64,000 bases of DNA, taken from positions 1,408,001-1,472,000 of the forward strand of contig CAVSCK010000004.1 of the NCBI GenBank assembly GCA_963726455.1, written 5' to 3'. This document shows, piece after piece, positions 38,360 through 47,537 of this stretch. Numbering within the stretch: the first letter of the stretch is position 1; each line of letters starts with the position of its first letter. The translations under genes were made by a program, and so were the position numbers. The notes beneath the pieces were generated by a model. It searched no databases. It saw only the letters and a list, made by a program, of their open reading frames with translations, and was not told the DNA's origin. This stretch comes from an uncultured bacterium. GTDB lineage: Bacteria > Zixibacteria > MSB-5A5 > CAIYYT01.

Positions 38360-39178
38360 CTAGCGGCAACTTTTCTTCGTCGGTGGCGGAATTACTTTGA
38401 TCTCGAACTGCCTCTCTAGCGAAATCAGAAACTTCTCCTCTATCTCTCTGATATCCATCACTCTTCCCAGCTCCTTGTCAACCGAAGTAATCTGGTCAGC
38501 ATCGACTTGATAACCGCTTGGCCATACCTTAGTTAGGTCGTCCAGATTCCAGATGTCTCGGATGCGCAGCGATCCGTGCTGGAGAAAATACCCGCCCGAT
38601 CGGAATTGTGCGCTTCCACAAATCTTCTTACCCCGGACTGCGACCTCAAAGGGACTGAGCATCGCAAAGCATGGGTTCAGACTGTGTCGCGTCTCCGTTG
38701 CCTCCGACGGCACGTCGGTCTGGCTGATTCCCAGTAGTTGAAGAGTCCCCGCCAACGCCGCTCCAATAGCTCGATAGGTCGAGGTCAGCGAACGAAAGGC
38801 CGGATGATGACTCTTGTGTGCCACGATAGCGTAACAGAGGTCTCCTTTGTGCAACAGTGCCCGCCCACCGGTCGGCCGGGTAACTACGTTGTAGCCAAGT
38901 CGGCTAATCTGCTGGAGATCTACCACTTCCGGTCCAACTTGATTCGTCCCCAGACTGATAGTGGGTTTGTCCCAAAGGTATAGTCTGACGATTGGTCTGT
39001 CTTGATCGCCTGCCCGCATCTCGTCGAGCAGCTTTCGGTCAAGCACCATGTTGGCTTCGCCGGAGTCGATACCGACTCCCAGGTACTGCCACGATGTCGG
39101 AGAGACGGCCAAATGCTCTGTCACAACCCCAATGTACGGTTCTAGCCGCCGGAAAGCAATCGAACCTCCAGGAGACAA
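38360..39178 (-). CDS. Lipoate-protein ligase A / octanoyltransferase (LipM-like)
   Basis: NMVLD, RPTGGRALLH, KKICGSAQ, LQHGS; true start probably slightly downstream. Confidence 0.88.
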   Translation of the reverse strand: MSPGGSIAFRRLEPYIGVVTEHLAVSPTSWQYLGVGIDSGEANMVLDRKLLDEMRAGDQDRPIVRLYLWDKPTISLGTNQVGPEVVDLQQISRLGYNVVTRPTGGRALLHKGDLCYAIVAHKSHHPAFRSLTSTYRAIGAALAGTLQLLGISQTDVPSEATETRHSLNPCFAMLSPFEVAVRGKKICGSAQFRSGGYFLQHGSLRIRDIWNLDDLTKVWPSGYQVDADQITSVDKELGRVMDIREIEEKFLISLERQFEIKVIPPPTKKSCR

Positions 39179-39219
39179 AAGCTCAAATGAGATTGGAGCG
39201 ATCTTATATGCGGAGGATA

Positions 39220-42141
39220 CTAATCGTGGCTTATGTGGTACTGCTTCATCTTCAGCCGCAACGTCGACTCAGGTATCGCTAACGACTCGGCAGCATATTT
39301 CTTGACCCAGTTGGTCTTCCGGAGTGCACCGAGGATGTAGTCGCGTTCGAGTCTGGCCAGATGATCATAGAGCGAGAATTTGCCCCGTTTGGCAACCGCC
39401 GGTCGCCCGCTGCCATTATCAGCACTTTCACTGATGCGCCGCGAGATTTGGAACCCGGTAATGATCTTGCGCTCGCCTGAGAGCAAAACCATCTTTTTGA
39501 TCTCGTTTTCCAACTCCCGAATGTTACCCGGCCAGTCGTAGTCTGCCAAAAGGTTAAACGCCTCGGGCTCGATTTTCACCTGTGGATCCGTCTTGTCGAT
39601 GAAATGCTTGATCAGAAGCGGGATGTCTTCGCGCCGTTCACGCAACGGAGGCAGTCGAAACGCGAAAGTCGACAACCGGTAGTAAAGGTCCTGCCGGAAT
39701 TGTCCCTGCTCCATACAGGTCTTGAGATCGCGATTCGTGGCCGAAATCACTCGAACATCAACCTTGCGAGGCACCGTATCACCCAACCGAACCACTTCCT
39801 TCTCCTCGATCACTCGCAACAGCTTCACCTGTACCGACAACGGCATGTCGCCGATTTCGTCAAGGAAGAACGTGCCGCCGTCGGCTTCTTCAAACAGCCC
39901 GGTTTTCTCCCCGTCCGCGCCCGTAAATGCGCCGCGCCGGTAGCCGAACAATTCTGATTCCAGAAGCGTTTCCGGTAACGCCGCACAGTTGACCGAGATG
40001 AAGCGCTTATCTTTCCGATTCGAATTGTAGTGAATTGCCTTGGCGAGATAATCTTTCCCGGTACCGGTTTCACCTTCGATCAGGATCGATATCGACGAGT
40101 CCTTGACCTGAGACACTCGTTCGAGGATGTCGAGCGTTCCCGGATTAGCGGTGACCAAATTTGGGAAGGCATGCTGCCGCTGCAGTTGATTCTTGAGACG
40201 CTGATTGTCAAGAGTCAGGCGTTTCTTCTGCTCCTCGGATGATTTGAACGCAATAATATCCGAGAATGCGATCGCGAAATCGAGGTCGGCTTTCGAGAAG
40301 GCCCTGGCCTCCGCGCCGATGCGATCCACATATAGAATGCCGATCGTCTCCTCGGACAATCTGATCGGGATCGCGACGAAACTCCGAATCTGTCCGGCGG
40401 TCGCAAACAAGTATTCAAACATGCGGCTGCGTTCACCCGTGAGGGAACTGACCAGCAATGGCCGATCCAAAGGCAATGTTCCAGCTTTGCCGTTGGCCAA
40501 CGTGCGCGAAATCTTGCCGATGACAGTCGGATCGAATGCCAGGTAAGCCAGCGGTTCATAAGTCTTCTGCTGCGGATCGAGAGACAACACAAAAGCGCGG
40601 TCGCCAGCGATCTTCCGTCGCAGTACTTCCAGCGACTCCTTCAGAGTACCGCTCTTGAGATGTCCGTATTCGGATGCCGACAAAAACGAGCTGAACACAA
40701 AGAACTGATTGTCGTGGGAAAGTCCCTTGTCAACCATCTGGTCTTCGATACTGAGGCGCAGAATTCGGCACTCTTCCATTGAACGGTCATCATTGAGCGC
40801 GGTCGCCAGTTCTTCGCATTTTTCGACGTACTGCAGCGCTTCGTCATAATTTGTCATTTCAACATTGAGCGCGCTTAGCTGGTAAAAGGTCTGTATGAGC
40901 AGATGCCTCGATCCGAGCCGCTGCGCCAGTTGTATCGCATTGTTCAGATAGCGCGTGGCCAAATCACGATAGGCCGCAACCTTCACCAGCGACTTGCCGG
41001 CGAGATAACACGCATCGGCCTGCTCTCCGATTTCACCGGCTGTTTCCAGACAGTCAAGAGCTTCGGCGAACATGGTCACAGCTTCAGCGCTATTTCCCTT
41101 GATCGCCGCCAGCGATCCCAGTATCGACTTTGCCGCAGCCGACTCGACCGTCTCGCCCAACGCATCCGCAACCTCCAGCGCACGCTCCGCATGTTCGGAG
41201 GCCAGCGCATAGTTGCCGCAGTCGTATTCCAGTGCCGCCAGCCGTCTGCGAGTCTGGCTGATGATGGCACTCTGGGGAGCGATGCGATAACCGATCTCAA
41301 GAGCGTAGCCGTAATGCTGCCGCGCCATCTTGTGATCGCCCAGCGCCCGGAGCAAATCCCCCATATACTCATGGTAGATGGACCGATCGCGAACGAGATC
41401 CTGAGCTTTGATCAACACCAGTGCCTGTTCATACAGGTCCCTGGCCGCGACATATTCTTCCTTGAGATAGTGGACGTACCCGAGTGACAGAAGATTTTTC
41501 GCTTCCGACGAAGCGTTATCGGCGCGCCGACAATAAGCCACGCACTCTTCCAGCATTCTTTGCGCGGTATCCCACTCGCCAAGCAAGGTCTTGACGCGTG
41601 CTTGATTACCGCGCGCCCGGAACAAATGATATTCCGGCGCCGTATCGTCTTTGGCCAGATATTCTATCGACTGGGTTAGAAACTTGTCGGCCTGACGATA
41701 ATCGCCGCGAACGAAATAGACCTGCGCGAGTTTGTTGTAACAGCCAACCAACTCGGCCTCACAATTGATGCGGCGGAATGAACTGATGGCGTCCCGAATG
41801 TAATCCTCTCCAGCGCCTAACTCACCCAGCGCGACATGAATCTTGCCGACTAATGACTGAATCCGGCCGATCAACAGATTCTCAGCCGTGGTGCCGACGA
41901 TGGCATACGCCTTATTCGCGAGATCGAGGACGTCTTGGTGGGGTTTGGAATTGAACTCAACGACGGCCAGGAGATAATAGTATTCTCCTGCTGCTAGCGA
42001 ACTCGAGTCTTGCTCAACTGTCTGAGCGAGCTTCTCTAGTTCTGCTTTGGCTTCGACAAACTTGTTTTCTGCTACGAGATGTTCAATAAAACTAAGTTTG
42101 TCCGCCGTTTCCGAAAGTGCACTACCGATTGATGTACTCAT
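39220..42141 (-). CDS. Sigma54-dependent enhancer-binding protein, TPR-GAF-AAA+-HTH
   Basis: ~480 aa helical TPR-like region, GAF-like GILYVD segment, GETGTGK, GAFTGA, FLDEIG, FRQDLYYRL, WPGNIREL, Fis-type HTH. Confidence 0.92.
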   Translation of the reverse strand: MSTSIGSALSETADKLSFIEHLVAENKFVEAKAELEKLAQTVEQDSSSLAAGEYYYLLAVVEFNSKPHQDVLDLANKAYAIVGTTAENLLIGRIQSLVGKIHVALGELGAGEDYIRDAISSFRRINCEAELVGCYNKLAQVYFVRGDYRQADKFLTQSIEYLAKDDTAPEYHLFRARGNQARVKTLLGEWDTAQRMLEECVAYCRRADNASSEAKNLLSLGYVHYLKEEYVAARDLYEQALVLIKAQDLVRDRSIYHEYMGDLLRALGDHKMARQHYGYALEIGYRIAPQSAIISQTRRRLAALEYDCGNYALASEHAERALEVADALGETVESAAAKSILGSLAAIKGNSAEAVTMFAEALDCLETAGEIGEQADACYLAGKSLVKVAAYRDLATRYLNNAIQLAQRLGSRHLLIQTFYQLSALNVEMTNYDEALQYVEKCEELATALNDDRSMEECRILRLSIEDQMVDKGLSHDNQFFVFSSFLSASEYGHLKSGTLKESLEVLRRKIAGDRAFVLSLDPQQKTYEPLAYLAFDPTVIGKISRTLANGKAGTLPLDRPLLVSSLTGERSRMFEYLFATAGQIRSFVAIPIRLSEETIGILYVDRIGAEARAFSKADLDFAIAFSDIIAFKSSEEQKKRLTLDNQRLKNQLQRQHAFPNLVTANPGTLDILERVSQVKDSSISILIEGETGTGKDYLAKAIHYNSNRKDKRFISVNCAALPETLLESELFGYRRGAFTGADGEKTGLFEEADGGTFFLDEIGDMPLSVQVKLLRVIEEKEVVRLGDTVPRKVDVRVISATNRDLKTCMEQGQFRQDLYYRLSTFAFRLPPLRERREDIPLLIKHFIDKTDPQVKIEPEAFNLLADYDWPGNIRELENEIKKMVLLSGERKIITGFQISRRISESADNGSGRPAVAKRGKFSLYDHLARLERDYILGALRKTNWVKKYAAESLAIPESTLRLKMKQYHISHD

Positions 42142-42153
42142 CAGGAATTACTG

Positions 42154-42492
42154 TTACTTTGGTTTCCTGTTAACAACCGTCTTTGTCGGTTGTTGTGAGT
42201 TGCTATTGTCTACAATTCTTTCCCTGGGTTCTTCTTTTGCCCTGTTCGTGAAAAGTTCACGAACTTCTCTGAGCCACTGGCGCGTCCATGTGAAGAACTT
42301 CTGAATAATCGGTTCATCAACATAGGGCCGGGGCGGTTCCACACTGTTGCCGTTGTTCACTTCTCCCGTGACATGAGACGAATCTAACGATCGGTCATCC
42401 CACGGATGATCCACGGCTTTGACTGTGGTGGGTAAAAGAATGGCTAGGGAGACTGTGCAGACAACCAGCGTTAGCACTTTGAGCAGGCTCAT
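42154..42492 (-). CDS. Small secreted protein, candidate signalling propeptide
   Basis: RBS GGAGG; Sec signal ending VKA; mature N-terminus VDHPWDD; stop 12 nt before the activator ATG. Confidence 0.75.
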   Translation of the reverse strand: MSLLKVLTLVVCTVSLAILLPTTVKAVDHPWDDRSLDSSHVTGEVNNGNSVEPPRPYVDEPIIQKFFTWTRQWLREVRELFTNRAKEEPRERIVDNSNSQQPTKTVVNRKPK

Positions 42493-42542
42493 ATCCCACT
42501 GCCTCCAATAAACTAAGAATGAACGTTCTAGTTCAACAGCGA

Positions 42543-42607
42543 TGCAAATTTCCGTGCTGTATCTATTTATCCTGCATTATTATGCAAATTCCTGCAACCC
42601 TTGTCAA
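42543..42607 (-). promoter_or_regulatory. Sigma70 promoter overlapped by phased TGCA boxes
   Basis: TTGACA(42602-07)-17-CATAAT(42579-84); TGCA at 42543, 42573, 42583, 42593. Confidence 0.7.
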
Positions 42608-42723
42608 GTACTTTTTGCAGATGGCAGATAATAACCATTAACCTACCAGCGCAAGTCACTAGTAATCACGCACTTGCGCAGACGGCGCATTTCTTGCGCC
42701 AGAGTGTTTCGGCGCAGAATTTG

Positions 42724-43509
42724 TTATAGAATTTGTCCGTCGCGCAGCTTCGTGAACAATTTGTCCGCGATTTCATCCGGTGTGGCGCCGGATATCATTT
42801 CGCCCTTCGGCCTAGCCGGAGGAGTTGCCACATGGGTCACCTGACTTCCGGAACTCAATTCGGCCGAACCCGGAACAAGATTCAAAGCGGCAGCATTGTG
42901 GACTGTAATTTCTTTTTTCTTGGCTGTCATTTTGCCTTTGAGCGAAGGCAGCCGCGGCTCGTTGATTTCCTTTACGACCGAAAGCACGGCCGGGGTCGAC
43001 ACGGTCACTTTATCGAATCCATCATCGGTCATTCGCTCGACCGTCACCTTGCCGTCACCGATTGATTCGATCTTGCGCACGAACATCACGGCCGGCAGTC
43101 CGAGAAACCCGCCGATGGCCGGGGGAATCGTTGAAGCATCTGAATCGACCGCTTGCTTGCCCAGCAAAATCAAATCGAAATCGCCGCATTTGCGAATTCC
43201 GGCCGCCAGTAGCCGCGCCGTAGTAATTTCGTCCGCGCCGGCGAACGCGCCATCCATCAGATGCACGGCTTCATCGACGCCCAGGGCCAGCGCCTCGCGC
43301 AGCGCATATTCGGCTTCTTTGCCTCCGAGTGACAGCGCCGTGATACTGCCGCCGTTCTTTTCTTTCCATCGCAACGCTTCTTCGATACCATAACTATCGA
43401 ACGGATTGATCATCCCCGGTCCCTGCGGCAAACTGATTTCGCCTTTCTGCGCGTCCACCGACACCAGCGGAATTTCCGGAACCTGTTTGACACATACGAT
43501 CAGCTTCAT
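42724..43509 (-). CDS. etfB: Electron transfer flavoprotein beta subunit
   Basis: IVCVKQVP, INPFD, GKQAVD, INEPRLPSLKG. Confidence 0.95.
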   Translation of the reverse strand: MKLIVCVKQVPEIPLVSVDAQKGEISLPQGPGMINPFDSYGIEEALRWKEKNGGSITALSLGGKEAEYALREALALGVDEAVHLMDGAFAGADEITTARLLAAGIRKCGDFDLILLGKQAVDSDASTIPPAIGGFLGLPAVMFVRKIESIGDGKVTVERMTDDGFDKVTVSTPAVLSVVKEINEPRLPSLKGKMTAKKKEITVHNAAALNLVPGSAELSSGSQVTHVATPPARPKGEMISGATPDEIADKLFTKLRDGQIL

Positions 43510-43526
43510 GGTATCTCCTCTGCGAT

Positions 43527-44285
43527 TCAGGATTCTGAGTTGAGAGTTGTCAGCGCTTCAGCGGCTGCTTTCTGTTCGGCGTTCTTCTTGGAGTCACCGA
43601 CTCCCGTTCCCATTCTCTTCCCCCCGACAAACACATCTACGGTAAAGATCTTCTTGTGCTCCGGTCCTTCTTCGCCGGTTACCGTATAATGAGGCATCCC
43701 GGCGCCCCGCGCCTGCAAGCGCTCGAGCAATTCACCTTTGTAATTTCTAAGCGATAGTGCCTTGCTGGTCTGGCCGAAATCAAACGATATGGCCTGTTTG
43801 ATCACTTCACGCGTCGCCGCCATGCCGCCGTCGAGATACACCGCGCCGATCACCGCCTCCAGACAATCGGCGACAATCGACTGGCGGCGCCTGCCGCCTG
43901 CACGCTCTTCGTCGCTGGATAGAAAGACATAATCGCCGAGTCCCATCTTATTCCCGACATGTGCCAGCACTTTCTTGTTTACGAGAAGTGACTTGCTCTT
44001 GGTGAGATCACCTTCCGTCATGTCCGGATGCTTTTGATAGAGTTCTTCGGCGACCACCAGACCCAGCACCGAATCGCCGAGAAATTCGAGGCGTTCGTAA
44101 GACTGAGTGATGCTGGATTCATTGGCGCGCAGATGCGAACGATGCGTCAAAGCTAATTCGAGGTAAACAGTATTGCGGAAATTGTAGCCCAGCTTGCGTT
44201 CTAGTTCGTCCCGTCCCTTAAGAGAAACGCCCCCGTCACTCCTGATGGGTTTCTTGCCAAAGATTTTCGACAAGATGCGAAGCAT
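43527..44285 (-). CDS. rnc: Ribonuclease III
   Basis: ALTHRS, ERLEFLGDSVL, EAVIGAVYLD, C-terminal dsRBD. Confidence 0.96.
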   Translation of the reverse strand: MLRILSKIFGKKPIRSDGGVSLKGRDELERKLGYNFRNTVYLELALTHRSHLRANESSITQSYERLEFLGDSVLGLVVAEELYQKHPDMTEGDLTKSKSLLVNKKVLAHVGNKMGLGDYVFLSSDEERAGGRRRQSIVADCLEAVIGAVYLDGGMAATREVIKQAISFDFGQTSKALSLRNYKGELLERLQARGAGMPHYTVTGEEGPEHKKIFTVDVFVGGKRMGTGVGDSKKNAEQKAAAEALTTLNSES

Positions 44286-44287
44286 GG

Positions 44288-45538
44288 TTATCCGGCAGAA
44301 TTGGCATGTTTTCCCAGGGCAAGCGTGACGTTATGTCCGCCAAAACCAAAGGAATTGCTCAATGCGTATTTGATGTCGACGGCTCTGCCGGTTCCCTTCG
44401 TGTAATCCAGATCGCACTGCGGATCCTGGCTGTCGATGTTTATCGTCGGATGCACATAACCGTCCCGCAATGATAATGCGCAGATCACGGCTTCCGCCGC
44501 CCCGGCCGCGCCCAGCATATGGCCGATCATCGACTTGCTCGAATTGATCGCCAGTGATTTGGCTTGTTCGCCGAACACGGTCTTGATCGCCAACGTCTCG
44601 GCGATATCGCCCAGCGGCGTCGAAGTGCCGTGGGTGTTGACATAGCCGATCTTGTCAATCGACAAACCCGCATCCTTCATCGCCGCTCGCATGGCGCGCG
44701 CAGCACCATCGCCATCCGGCGACGGCGCCGTGATGTGATAGGCATCCGCCGACATGCCGAACCCGACAAGATCAGCATATACTTTGGCGCCACGACGTTT
44801 CGCATATTCCTCTTCTTCGAGAACTATAATCGCCGCGCCTTCTCCCATGACAAAGCCGTCGCGATCAATATCAAACGGCCTCGATGCCCTTTGCGGCTCG
44901 TCATTGCGCGTCGAAAGCGCCCGCGAGGAACAGAAACCCGCGAACGACATCTCGGTAATCGATGCTTCCGCGCCTCCGGTGATAACCACCTCGGCTTCGC
45001 CGTGCTGAATTATTCGCATCGCGTCGCCAATGGCATGCGCGGAAGAAGCGCAGGCGCTGACCGTCCCATAATTGGGTCCTTTGAACCCGAAGCGCAGGGA
45101 AATCAGCCCCGATAGCATATCAATGATCATCATCGGGATAAAGAAGGGCGATACCCGCGATGGTCCCTTCTCGACAAACGCGGTATGCTGCTCCTCAAAG
45201 GAGAGAATACCGCCGATTCCCGAACCGGTTACCACCGCAACTCGATCTTTGTCGACCTGATCGAGATTTAATCCCGAATCGTCGATTGCCATCTGCGCCG
45301 CGCCAATTGCAAACTGCTGAACCAGATCGGTGCGCCGCAGTTCTTTCTTGTCAAGATACTTAGCCGCGTCGAAACCTTTGACCTGCGCCGCGATTCGGCA
45401 GTCAAATCGGGATGTGTCGAATCGTTCTACCTGGGAAACGCCTGAAAGTCCGGCCCTGAGATTCTGCCAGAGCTCCTCGACATTGTTCCCGAGTGGCGTC
45501 AGCACACCAATTCCGGTGATCACCGCTTTCTTCATCAA
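44288..45538 (-). CDS. fabF: Beta-ketoacyl-ACP synthase II
   Basis: SACAS, HGTSTPLGD, SNSFGFGGHN. Confidence 0.96.
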   Translation of the reverse strand: MMKKAVITGIGVLTPLGNNVEELWQNLRAGLSGVSQVERFDTSRFDCRIAAQVKGFDAAKYLDKKELRRTDLVQQFAIGAAQMAIDDSGLNLDQVDKDRVAVVTGSGIGGILSFEEQHTAFVEKGPSRVSPFFIPMMIIDMLSGLISLRFGFKGPNYGTVSACASSAHAIGDAMRIIQHGEAEVVITGGAEASITEMSFAGFCSSRALSTRNDEPQRASRPFDIDRDGFVMGEGAAIIVLEEEEYAKRRGAKVYADLVGFGMSADAYHITAPSPDGDGAARAMRAAMKDAGLSIDKIGYVNTHGTSTPLGDIAETLAIKTVFGEQAKSLAINSSKSMIGHMLGAAGAAEAVICALSLRDGYVHPTINIDSQDPQCDLDYTKGTGRAVDIKYALSNSFGFGGHNVTLALGKHANSAG

Positions 45539-45580
45539 ACCAACTTCCTGTCTGTTATGGCGGAAAGTTTAACGACCCCT

Positions 45581-45817
45581 TTACTGCTTGGCGTGCGCCT
45601 TGATATAATTGATGGCGTCTCCGACAGTTCCAATTTTCTCCGCCTCTTCGTCGGGGATTTCGAGACTGAATGCCTCTTCCAGCGCCATCACCAGCTCCAC
45701 GGTGTCCAGCGAGTCAGCGCCGAGATCGTCCACGAATTTTGCTGCCGGTACTACGGCATCCTTGTCAACGTTGAGTTGCTCAACGATAATATCCTTGACC
45801 TTTGCTTCGACGTCCAT
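45581..45817 (-). CDS. acpP: Acyl carrier protein
   Basis: [14 protein letters not shown]; start at ATG 8 nt after GGAGG. Confidence 0.96.
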   Translation of the reverse strand: MDVEAKVKDIIVEQLNVDKDAVVPAAKFVDDLGADSLDTVELVMALEEAFSLEIPDEEAEKIGTVGDAINYIKAHAKQ

Positions 45818-45860
45818 TTCCATCTCCTCCAAATTGTATCAAACTAATATGACTTAATTT

Positions 45861-46598
45861 TCACATTAACAAGCCACCACAGACGGGCAGTACCTGCCCC
45901 GTGATGTATGCCGATTCATCCGCCGCCAGGAACAGCACCGCGTTGGCCACATCCTCCGGCAGTCCGGCACGCTTGAGCGGTATGTTTGTAAGAAACGCCT
46001 GCTTGGCTGCATCGGGAAGATGCTCGGTCATTTCCGTCTGGATGTATCCCGGCGCAACCGCGTTGACGGTCACGTTCCTCCCCGCCAGTTCCTTGGCCGC
46101 GCTCTTGGTCAGGCCAACCAGTCCGGCCTTTGACGCCGAGTAATTCGCTTGTCCAAAATTGCCCATCAGGCCGACTACCGACGAAATGTTGACAATCCTT
46201 CCAGTGCGCGCCTTGATCATGACTTTGGCTGCCGCCTGAGTCATCAGGAACGCTCCCTTGAGGTTGATATTCAATACGCGATCCCAGTCTGCCTCGGCCA
46301 TCTTAATCAACAACGTATCTTTGGTGATTCCGGCGTTGTTCACCAATATGTCCAGCGACCCGAAGCTGGCGACCGTCTTCTCGATGGCGGCCTGGGCTTC
46401 GGTCGAGGAAGTCACATCACAGTGAACGAATGCCACCCCACCACGACCGGTCAACTCACTTACTGTCTGCGCCCCGGCATCGTCAAGAACATCCGCGATC
46501 ATTACCTTGCAGCCATGATCCATCAACTTTTCGACAATCGCTCTGCCTATGCCGCGCGCTCCACCCGTGACCAAAGCCGCTTTACCCGAAAGATTCAA
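45861..46598 (-). CDS. fabG: 3-oxoacyl-ACP reductase
   Basis: TGGARGIG, NNAGIT, YSASK. Confidence 0.95.
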   Translation of the reverse strand: MNLSGKAALVTGGARGIGRAIVEKLMDHGCKVMIADVLDDAGAQTVSELTGRGGVAFVHCDVTSSTEAQAAIEKTVASFGSLDILVNNAGITKDTLLIKMAEADWDRVLNINLKGAFLMTQAAAKVMIKARTGRIVNISSVVGLMGNFGQANYSASKAGLVGLTKSAAKELAGRNVTVNAVAPGYIQTEMTEHLPDAAKQAFLTNIPLKRAGLPEDVANAVLFLAADESAYITGQVLPVCGGLLM

Positions 46599-47536
46599 AC
46601 CGCCTCCAGCAATTTCTCGCCAACCAAATCAAAGTCCGAGAGTTTGTCAAGACTCATAATTTCAACATCTTGCAGCGTTCGCTTGACTAAACCGGACAGT
46701 ACTTTGCCCGGCCCGACTTCCACAAATCGGCGTACTCCCTGGCGATAGAGCTCTTCGAGCGTAGCAACCCACAAGACCGGCGCCGTGATCTGCTGTACCA
46801 GCAAATCCTTGACCCGGTCAGGATCAGTCTCCGGTTTGGCAGTCACGTTGGCGACCACCGGAAATGCCGGCGCATGAAACGCGATTTGATCCAAAGTCAC
46901 TCTCAATTTCGCCGCAGCGGATTCCATCAATGGTGAATGAAACGCTCCGCCGACCGGCAGCAGAATGGCTCTCTTGGCACCAAGTTCCTTGGCAATCGGC
47001 AACGCCTTTTCCACTGTTTCGTAATCACCCGAGATAGCGACCTGTTCGGGTGAATTGAAGTTAGCCGGTACGCAGATTCCCAACGGCTTCGTCCTCTCAA
47101 CCAACTTGGCGATCATATCCGGACTCAGTCCGATGATTGCCGCCATGGTTCCACGACTTTGCTCGCAAGCTTCCTGCATCGCCTTACAGCGCGTATTGAC
47201 GGCCGTGATTGCGTCAACCGCCGACAGAAATCCCGCCGACACCAGCGCCGAATACTCACCCAATGAATGTCCAGCGGCAAAGTCCGGCTTAAGACCCGAT
47301 CGCTCCAGAACCAGCAGCCATGCCAACGAGTGAACCAGTATCGCCGGCTGCGTCACAACCGTCTCTTTCAATTTTTCTTCAGGCCCGTTGAAGCTCATGC
47401 CGGCAAGATCATAGCCCAGTATCAGCGACGCTTTGTCATAAAGCGCTCTGACCTCTTCATGCTTGTCGCATAGATCTTGCCCCATGCCGACATACTGAGA
47501 CCCCTGTCCGGGAAACAAAAAAGCAGTTTTGCTCAT
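46595..47536 (-). CDS. fabD: Malonyl-CoA:ACP transacylase
   Basis: FPGQGSQ, GHSLGEY, AFHSPLM; start MSKTAF. Confidence 0.95.
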   Translation of the reverse strand: MSKTAFLFPGQGSQYVGMGQDLCDKHEEVRALYDKASLILGYDLAGMSFNGPEEKLKETVVTQPAILVHSLAWLLVLERSGLKPDFAAGHSLGEYSALVSAGFLSAVDAITAVNTRCKAMQEACEQSRGTMAAIIGLSPDMIAKLVERTKPLGICVPANFNSPEQVAISGDYETVEKALPIAKELGAKRAILLPVGGAFHSPLMESAAAKLRVTLDQIAFHAPAFPVVANVTAKPETDPDRVKDLLVQQITAPVLWVATLEELYRQGVRRFVEVGPGKVLSGLVKRTLQDVEIMSLDKLSDFDLVGEKLLEAV

Positions 47537-47537
47537 A

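Noticed and set aside
42542-42560. AGCACGGAAATTTGCA as a sigma54 promoter
   Set aside because: Lacks the -24 GG and the spacing is one base too long
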